Position numbers and translations under genes: made by a program. Shown piece after piece: positions 35,877 through 41,980 of a stretch of 64,000 nucleotides of DNA. The notes under the pieces are model-generated. The model made no database searches and was not told the DNA's origin. It saw nothing but the letters and a program-made list of their open reading frames with translations. This stretch comes from Bacteroidetes bacterium GWF2_49_14 (GTDB lineage: Bacteria; Bacteroidota; Bacteroidia; Bacteroidales; UBA12481). The stretch is from the NCBI GenBank assembly GCA_001769295.1, contig MEOR01000081.1, positions 40,633 to 104,632 of the forward strand, given 5' to 3'. The stretch's first letter is position 1. Every line of letters begins with the position of its first letter.

Positions 35877-38825
35877 TTATATCCCCGCTTTTGGCGGGGA
35901 TTTCTTTTTCCATTGTGTAACAAAAAGACCAAAGAGACTTACTGGAATCAGTAATAACCATAAAATCGCATAAGATTTAGGTTTCGGGAAATCCAAAGTC
36001 AAGTTCTGCCCCACAGGTAAAACTGCCGCCCAGAACCGAGGATGAGCTTGCAGCTGATCAGCTGCCGCGAGGTACGCTAACTTACTGTTCCTTAATGCAG
36101 CTGCAATAGGCTGGTCCTTAATCAAATTGCTATAAAATCCGGACATAATCTTCTCGCTTGATTTGTCATCCACCGTCCATAGTGTCATAATTATTACCGG
36201 GCAGCCAGCAAATAGAAAAGCTCGCCCAAGGCTCATAATCCCTTCGCCCGCAGCCAATTCCCCGGATCCGGTTTCGCAAGCGGACAAAACCACCAGGTTG
36301 GAATTCAGGGACAGATTATAAATCTCATGGCTGAACAGGCAACCATCCTCCGTTTTGTCCGAGCCCGGTGTGAAAACCAGGCATGAGTTCATGGGCTTTT
36401 CCCGGTCGGTTAAGGTATGCATTGCCAAATGCAGAATGGTATAATCTGAGCAAATGTTTTTAAAGGTTCCCTCCCTGGCTCCATTTTTTATGAGCAGCCT
36501 TCCCCCGATTGATTCCCGGGCGGATCTGGCCTCTTTCAGTGTTCCACTCAGCTGTGGCAGCGCATCCCCCTTGTTTCTCAGGAACTCTATTGATTGTATT
36601 CTGGCAGGTTTATAAACAGGCGCAACTGCCAGGATAGACCTGGTGGCCTCCTTCTTATGAACAGGATGGAATTGATATAAAGTTGCGGTAAACCCGTATG
36701 AGACTATATGTTCCCTTATGAGATACTCATAACTGTGGAAGTCATGTTTCACGGCCTTACCCGATGGTTTTATCAAGGCATCAAATGAAATGTAATTAAG
36801 CAATCCATCAGGAATTATTATCAATTCCTTATTCTCAATCATTCCTTCAAATGGTTGGATAAGAATACTATAAAGGCCGGATGAGGCTTCATAAAAGGAC
36901 CTCATCTCACTGCCATTATAGGTGGAATACCCACCTTTCATGTAGTTGATTAAAAAGTCAGTTCTTGCCATGGTCAGGCTATCCAGTGGAATCATGAAAA
37001 CCTGGCTTTCCGGTCGGCTCACCGCAATGCAAATGATAGCTTCAGCGGTCATGGAATACTGAAGCATGACTTCATTTTCGCGCAAGGACGCTGCCGTCTG
37101 ATCCAGGCTGATGACCGACCGGTCGAATTTGGAACGATAATAGTCCGGATACTTTGTCTCATAAGTTCTTATCAGGCTATCTTTCTTAATGTTAAGCCGA
37201 AAACTCTCAGCCTCAAGCTCCTTTATCAATTCTATATTTTTAGCGCTCGAGGCGGACTGCCTTGCAAGATAGCCCTGGACTTCGGATAGCTTGATATCAA
37301 TTTCTTTTTCAAGGGACAGATCCTCGGCGAGAATGATTCCTGATTTTGTTTCACTGTCGCTCATTGCCCTCCATAGTCCTGCCGATTTGGATATTTCGAT
37401 GAACTCGAAAAGGTTTTTGAGATCATCTCTGTCGAGGGTCCGTAAATAGAGGGTATATGCTACGCTGATCATCTCATCGAAAGAGCTTTCCTGCCTTCTG
37501 CTCAACTCAATCTGGCTTGAAGACTGCAGAAGTGTTCCTCGCGTTGAATCTATCAGGTTAGCTGTTGCGGCATAGTTTCTCATAGCAAGCCGGATATAAT
37601 CGATTTGGCCACTTTCTTCGCCCATATCTCTGTAAATACGAGATGTAAGAAGCAACAGGTTAATCAGATCCAGCGTATTCAGGCTTCTGATATTTTCCGG
37701 AGCATTCTCAATGTCTGCATCGCCAGGACCGGTTGCAATAAGTTTGAGAACCTCCCTTGTTCTTAATAATGCTTCTGAATAATTTCCTGTGGATCTAAGG
37801 AGATCTCCTTCAAGAAGTTTAGTCTCAACCAAGAGGTCAAGCGGTGGGTTAGCCTGCCCTTCGATTATCCGGGCCATCGAGGCCAACTCCGCAAGAGCTT
37901 TAAGTTCATCTTTATCAGCCAGTTGAATAAGTTGCGCTTTATTAATCATGGCCAGGAACCTAATCCGATCGTCAGGCTCAGCATCGGCCCTTTTATTCAA
38001 CACAATATCAAGAACTTCGCGTGCTTCAACAAAACGATTCAATTCAATCAGCGAATTGGAAAGGTTAGTATAAACCATGTCCTCATCGGTGATATTGAAT
38101 TCCTTAATCATTTCAATACTCTTATAAAAAGCCTCGATGGCTGCTTCATGATTAAAAAGGTTTTGGTAAACCAATCCCTTGTTATTCAGTAGTTTGGCTT
38201 TGTTGATGTTAGCCTTTTGACTCAATGTGCTATCCTTTATACAATCATTAAATATTAACATTGCCTGCTGCAAATACTCCAGTGCGCTATTGTATTCCCC
38301 GGCCTGTTTCCGCACGGTGGCTAAATTCAGGTACAATGAACCAATACCTAACTTGTCTGGCCGTGTCATTGACCTCAGCACAGCTATGGCCTTAAGATAG
38401 GTACTTTGACTTTCCGCAAGCCGGGAAATATCCTTGAGGAGTACTCCGGTGTTGTTTAAGGCTCTGTACATCCAATCCAGGTCATCATCCGGTTTGCCAG
38501 CAAAATCGACCGACTCAATCCATTCAATTAATACAGGCAAGTCTTTAGTATTTAGAAATCTATTATTGTAACGACTTATAACGTAGGCAATTATAACTTC
38601 AGTGTGGAAGTCCTGGTCGGGGCTCTGCAAGTATTTCACCAAGGGTTCAATGATTGGTTTCACCTTTTCTTCAGGCAAATTTTTAATCATATCCAGAATC
38701 TCATTGGCTCGGTTTTGATCGATTGCCTGGTAAGGATTGACGGACTGACAATGTCCGGAAGCCGACAACAAAATCAGGCTTATCAGCATTCCAACTGCAA
38801 TATTTTGAAAACTGTTTCTATTCAT
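35877..38825 (-). CDS. TPR-repeat CHAT-domain (caspase-like) protease, exported, with a C-terminal membrane anchor
   Basis: 982 aa. Signal peptide MNRNSFQNIAVGMLISLILLSASGHCQ. About 450 aa of TPR-like repeats (YLNLATVRKQAGEYNSALEYLQQA, LNNKGLVYQNLFNHEAAIEAFYKS and others). CHAT domain with ILHLAMHT (His) and NLVVLSACETGSGE (Cys). C-terminal TM YAILWLLLIPVSLFGLFVTQW followed by KKKSPPKAGI. Confidence 0.85.
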   Translation of the reverse strand: MNRNSFQNIAVGMLISLILLSASGHCQSVNPYQAIDQNRANEILDMIKNLPEEKVKPIIEPLVKYLQSPDQDFHTEVIIAYVISRYNNRFLNTKDLPVLIEWIESVDFAGKPDDDLDWMYRALNNTGVLLKDISRLAESQSTYLKAIAVLRSMTRPDKLGIGSLYLNLATVRKQAGEYNSALEYLQQAMLIFNDCIKDSTLSQKANINKAKLLNNKGLVYQNLFNHEAAIEAFYKSIEMIKEFNITDEDMVYTNLSNSLIELNRFVEAREVLDIVLNKRADAEPDDRIRFLAMINKAQLIQLADKDELKALAELASMARIIEGQANPPLDLLVETKLLEGDLLRSTGNYSEALLRTREVLKLIATGPGDADIENAPENIRSLNTLDLINLLLLTSRIYRDMGEESGQIDYIRLAMRNYAATANLIDSTRGTLLQSSSQIELSRRQESSFDEMISVAYTLYLRTLDRDDLKNLFEFIEISKSAGLWRAMSDSETKSGIILAEDLSLEKEIDIKLSEVQGYLARQSASSAKNIELIKELEAESFRLNIKKDSLIRTYETKYPDYYRSKFDRSVISLDQTAASLRENEVMLQYSMTAEAIICIAVSRPESQVFMIPLDSLTMARTDFLINYMKGGYSTYNGSEMRSFYEASSGLYSILIQPFEGMIENKELIIIPDGLLNYISFDALIKPSGKAVKHDFHSYEYLIREHIVSYGFTATLYQFHPVHKKEATRSILAVAPVYKPARIQSIEFLRNKGDALPQLSGTLKEARSARESIGGRLLIKNGAREGTFKNICSDYTILHLAMHTLTDREKPMNSCLVFTPGSDKTEDGCLFSHEIYNLSLNSNLVVLSACETGSGELAAGEGIMSLGRAFLFAGCPVIIMTLWTVDDKSSEKIMSGFYSNLIKDQPIAAALRNSKLAYLAAADQLQAHPRFWAAVLPVGQNLTLDFPKPKSYAILWLLLIPVSLFGLFVTQWKKKSPPKAGI
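35882..35909 (+). terminator. Rho-independent terminator of the sigma/anti-sigma operon, overlapping the last codons of the convergent CHAT gene
   Basis: tccccgc (35882..35888) / ttttg / gcgggga (35894..35900), followed by tttcttttt. Confidence 0.55.
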
Positions 38826-38890
38826 ATGGGAAAGTAAATAATTGCCGCATGAATATAGAAAGAAAGACAGGTCAAGAGACGATCTTCAGA

Positions 38891-38914
38891 ATTATACAAA
38901 TGTTTTTGTATAAT
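38891..38914. promoter_or_regulatory. Perfect 10-bp inverted repeat (operator-like) in the divergent CHAT / peptide intergenic region
   Basis: ATTATACAAA-tgtt-TTTGTATAAT at 38891..38914, flanked by direct TTCAGAA heptamers (38885..38891 and 38922..38928). Confidence 0.4.
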
Positions 38915-38942
38915 ACAGATATTCAGAAGATTAGCGAAATAT

Positions 38943-39001
38943 TTTCAAAATTGTATAGAAAACGAGGTTACCTTTTTAAGAAAGGAGGGATTAATAGATG
39001 G
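38943..39001 (+). promoter_or_regulatory. Shared regulatory block, copy 2 (upstream of the double-glycine peptide gene)
   Basis: TTTCAAAATTG (38943..38953), 12 nt of intervening sequence versus 1 nt in copy 1 (an 11-nt difference), then GGTTACCTTTTTAAGAAAGGAGGGATTAATAGATGG (38966..39001). Its ATG (38998) opens only a 5-codon mini-ORF (METVS*). Confidence 0.45.
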
Positions 39002-39036
39002 AAACTGTAAGTTAAAAACTTCTAAAATTCAAAGAA

Positions 39037-39168
39037 ATGGAACGGTTCAATCTCTCTTCGCTTGTTGCTGCTGCTCTCGCAGTTGATGAAATGATCAATG
39101 TTCGTGGTGGTGATGGTCCTGTAACCCCGCCAGTTAAAAAGGGCGAAGAAAGCGACATCATTCTTTAG
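39037..39168 (+). CDS. Double-glycine-leader precursor peptide (43 aa), predicted substrate of the adjacent C39 ABC exporter
   Basis: Not in the ORF track (<60 aa). Manual translation: MERFNLSSLVAAALAVDEMINVRGG|DGPVTPPVKKGEESDIIL*. The leader fits the GG-leader consensus (Gly -1/-2, Val -4, Met -7, Glu -8, Leu -12). It lies 97 nt upstream of the peptidase-domain ABC transporter, on the same strand. Confidence 0.65.
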   Translation: MERFNLSSLVAAALAVDEMINVRGGDGPVTPPVKKGEESDIIL

Positions 39169-39198
39169 GACAACGTTCCCAGCCTGGTTTCTTGTTTA

Positions 39199-39220
39199 CG
39201 GCAATAATCACTGATTGCCG
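39199..39220 (+). promoter_or_regulatory. Intercistronic hairpin between the peptide gene and the exporter (possible attenuator / mRNA-stabilising stem)
   Basis: cggcaat (39199..39205) / 8-nt loop / attgccg (39214..39220). No strong T-tract follows. Confidence 0.3.
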
Positions 39221-39264
39221 ACAGTTATTATTATGTATCTTTCGCTGGCCTAAACGCGGTCGGA

Positions 39265-41454
39265 ATGCCTTCATTAACCTATACCCGACAACTCGATGCG
39301 AAAGATTGCGGTCCTGCCTGTTTACGGATGATCGCTGGTTATTACGGCCAAAAATACTCCCTCCAATTTTTACGGGAAAGATCCTTTATCACCCGTCAAG
39401 GTGTAAGTTTACTTGGTATCAGCGACGCGGCAGAGTCAATCGGCTTTTCAACCCTTGGCGTTCGTCTCACCTGGGAACAACTGCTTAATGAGGCCCCCAA
39501 ACCTAGCATTATCCATTGGAACCAAAACCATTTTATCGTTCTGCAAAAAATCGGTGCGCGAAAAGTTCACGTTGCGGATCCGGCTCTTGGTATTTTGAAG
39601 TATTCGATCAAGGAGTTTAAAAAAGGCTGGATTTCAGCTGTCCATGAAGGGAATGAGGTTGGTTTGTGCCTCTTGCTAGAACCCACGCCTGAGTTTTATA
39701 AGATTGAGGGTGAACCTCAAAAACGGAACTCATTCCGATTTTTGCTGGAGTATTTCCGGCCACACAAGAAATACCTTGTCCAGCTTGTTAGCGGTATGCT
39801 GGTAGGATCGGTCATTTTACTGATTCTTCCCTTCCTGACCCAATCTGTTGTGGATATCGGAATTAGCAATCAGGATATGGGATTCATCTACCTTGTCCTT
39901 ATTGCTCAGTTGGTTTTAATTGCGGGAAGAACCAGTGTTGAGTTTATTCGATCCTGGATTCTTCTGCACATCAGTACAAGGATTAATATCGCACTAATAT
40001 CAGATTACCTGGTCAAATTGATGAGGCTTCCCACTTCATTTTTTGATACCAAAATGACCGGTGATATTTTGCAGAGGATAGGCGATCATACCCGCATTGA
40101 AACTTTCCTTACTCAATCAACCCTTAATGTTCTGTTCTCAATATTTAACCTGTTTGTTTTCAGTATTGTATTAGCAATTTATAATGCAAAGATCTTACTC
40201 TTGTTTTTAATTGGCAGTTTGTTGTATTTACTTTGGATCAGTTTGTTTCTTCGTAAGCGACGTGAACTTGACAACCGAAGGTTTATCCAGTTGTCAGAAA
40301 ATCAGAACAGCATTATTCAGATTGTATCTGGCATGCAGGAGATCAAGCTTAATACCTGTGAGCAGCAGAAGCGCTGGGACTGGGAGTTCATTCAGGCCAA
40401 GATATTCAGAATCAGGGTTAAGAGTCTTGCCTTGGTGCAATACCAACAGGTGGGTTCGGTGGTAATTAATGAAACAAAGAATGTGCTGATCGCATTTCTG
40501 TCGGCAAAGGCTGTTATTGAAGGCCAGATGTCGCTTGGTATTATGTTTGCAATCCAGTTTATAGTGGGGCAGATGAACAGCCCCATTGACCAGCTTATTA
40601 ACTTCTTTCATGCGGCACAAGATGCAAAGATCAGTCTTGAGAGGTTAGCTGAAGTACATGATCAACCTGTCGATGGAGTAGGCAGGGAGAGTAAGGTTGA
40701 CGAATTGCCGGCCAATATCAGCCTTAAAATTTCCGGATTGGTTTTTCAGTATGAAGGCCCGCATTCTCCAAGGGTGGTAGATGACATAACATTTGATGTA
40801 CCCGAAAACAAGGTAACTGCCATTGTCGGTTCGAGTGGAAGCGGAAAAACCACCCTTATTAAAATCTTGCTGGGATTATACCGGCCAGTTTACGGCGAGG
40901 TCCAGCTAGGCAATAGTTCCCTGGAGAATTACAATCAAAGGATTTATCGAAGCAAATGTGGGGCAGTTTTGCAAGACGGTTATTTGTTTTCAGACACGAT
41001 TGCAAAAAACATAGCATTGAGTGATGAATCGATTGATCCTGGAAAACTGGCCTTTGCTGCTGAAAAAGCTAATATCTTGGAGTTTATCAGGAGTTTTCCC
41101 CTTGGATTCAATTCGCGGATAGGGGTTGATGGACATGGTATAAGTCAGGGACAGAAGCAGCGGTTGCTGATTGCACGTGCGATTTACAAGGATCCCAGGC
41201 TTATTTTCTTTGATGAGGCCACGAATTCCCTGGATGCAAATAATGAAAGGATCATTATGGAAAACCTGGCAGAATTTTTTAAAGGCAGGACGGTTGTCAT
41301 TGTGGCGCACAGGCTTAGCACAGTTAAAAATGCTGATCAGATATTGGTTATGGAGAAGGGCAAGATAATTGAAACCGGAAAGCATGAGGAATTAGTGCGG
41401 TATCAGGGAGCCTACTATAATCTTGTTAAAAATCAGCTCGAATTAGGAATATAG
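39265..41454 (+). CDS. Peptidase-domain-containing ABC transporter (PCAT; C39 peptidase + TMD + NBD)
   Basis: 729 aa. C39 domain TRQLDAKDCGPACLRMIAGYYG (Gln/Cys), IIHWNQNHFIVLQK (His), VHVADPA (Asp). Six TM segments. NBD with GSSGSGKTT (Walker A), ISQGQKQRLLIARA (signature) and LIFFDEATNSLD (Walker B). Confidence 0.9.
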   Translation: MPSLTYTRQLDAKDCGPACLRMIAGYYGQKYSLQFLRERSFITRQGVSLLGISDAAESIGFSTLGVRLTWEQLLNEAPKPSIIHWNQNHFIVLQKIGARKVHVADPALGILKYSIKEFKKGWISAVHEGNEVGLCLLLEPTPEFYKIEGEPQKRNSFRFLLEYFRPHKKYLVQLVSGMLVGSVILLILPFLTQSVVDIGISNQDMGFIYLVLIAQLVLIAGRTSVEFIRSWILLHISTRINIALISDYLVKLMRLPTSFFDTKMTGDILQRIGDHTRIETFLTQSTLNVLFSIFNLFVFSIVLAIYNAKILLLFLIGSLLYLLWISLFLRKRRELDNRRFIQLSENQNSIIQIVSGMQEIKLNTCEQQKRWDWEFIQAKIFRIRVKSLALVQYQQVGSVVINETKNVLIAFLSAKAVIEGQMSLGIMFAIQFIVGQMNSPIDQLINFFHAAQDAKISLERLAEVHDQPVDGVGRESKVDELPANISLKISGLVFQYEGPHSPRVVDDITFDVPENKVTAIVGSSGSGKTTLIKILLGLYRPVYGEVQLGNSSLENYNQRIYRSKCGAVLQDGYLFSDTIAKNIALSDESIDPGKLAFAAEKANILEFIRSFPLGFNSRIGVDGHGISQGQKQRLLIARAIYKDPRLIFFDEATNSLDANNERIIMENLAEFFKGRTVVIVAHRLSTVKNADQILVMEKGKIIETGKHEELVRYQGAYYNLVKNQLELGI

Positions 41455-41455
41455 C

Positions 41456-41980
41456 ATGACTCACAGTGATCCTCAAATCGAACTGCGCCAGGAAGAACTC
41501 CGGGAGATACTCGGAATTGTTCCGCCATGGATTGTAAGGTGGGGGACTGTTCTGATAGCCATGGTGATACTTACCCTGTTAATTGGGGCAGCCTGGTTTC
41601 GATATCCCGACCGGATCAGCAGCCAGGTTGTCCTGACCGCTTCGAATCCAATTAAAGGGGAACTTTTTTTGTCAGTCAAAGATGCCGGAAAAGTGAAGAT
41701 TGGGAATCGCGTTGTTTTACATATTGATAATTATCCCTACATGCAATACGGAATGGTAAAGGGAACGGTTGAGCAAATCTCATTATGGCCTGAGGCAGAA
41801 TACTATAGGGTCGAGATAAGCCTGCCAGAAGGTATGAAATCGACCTATAAAAAAGAGCTGGTGTTTTCCAAGAATATGACTGGCCAGGCGCAGATTATTA
41901 CCGATAAGATGAGCCTTCTGGTTAGAATACTTGATCCTGTTAAAGGCCTTATTCGCAGAAAGAATAACCAGGATGTTTAA
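41456..41980 (+). CDS. Short HlyD-family (membrane fusion protein-like) protein: TM anchor plus beta-barrel domain only
   Basis: 174 aa. Starts 1 nt after the PCAT stop. N-terminal TM WGTVLIAMVILTLLIGAAWF. VVLHIDNYPYMQYGMVKGTVEQISL...MTGQAQIITDKMSLLVRIL resembles the C-terminal barrel of HlyD proteins. No lipoyl or coiled-coil hairpin region. Confidence 0.6.
   Translation: MTHSDPQIELRQEELREILGIVPPWIVRWGTVLIAMVILTLLIGAAWFRYPDRISSQVVLTASNPIKGELFLSVKDAGKVKIGNRVVLHIDNYPYMQYGMVKGTVEQISLWPEAEYYRVEISLPEGMKSTYKKELVFSKNMTGQAQIITDKMSLLVRILDPVKGLIRRKNNQDV

Noticed and set aside
39192-39488. 98-aa plus-strand ORF overlapping the start of the ABC transporter
   Set aside because: It is out of frame with the clearly homologous C39 peptidase domain and has odd composition (R/W/C-rich). 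It is an overlapping-frame artefact.
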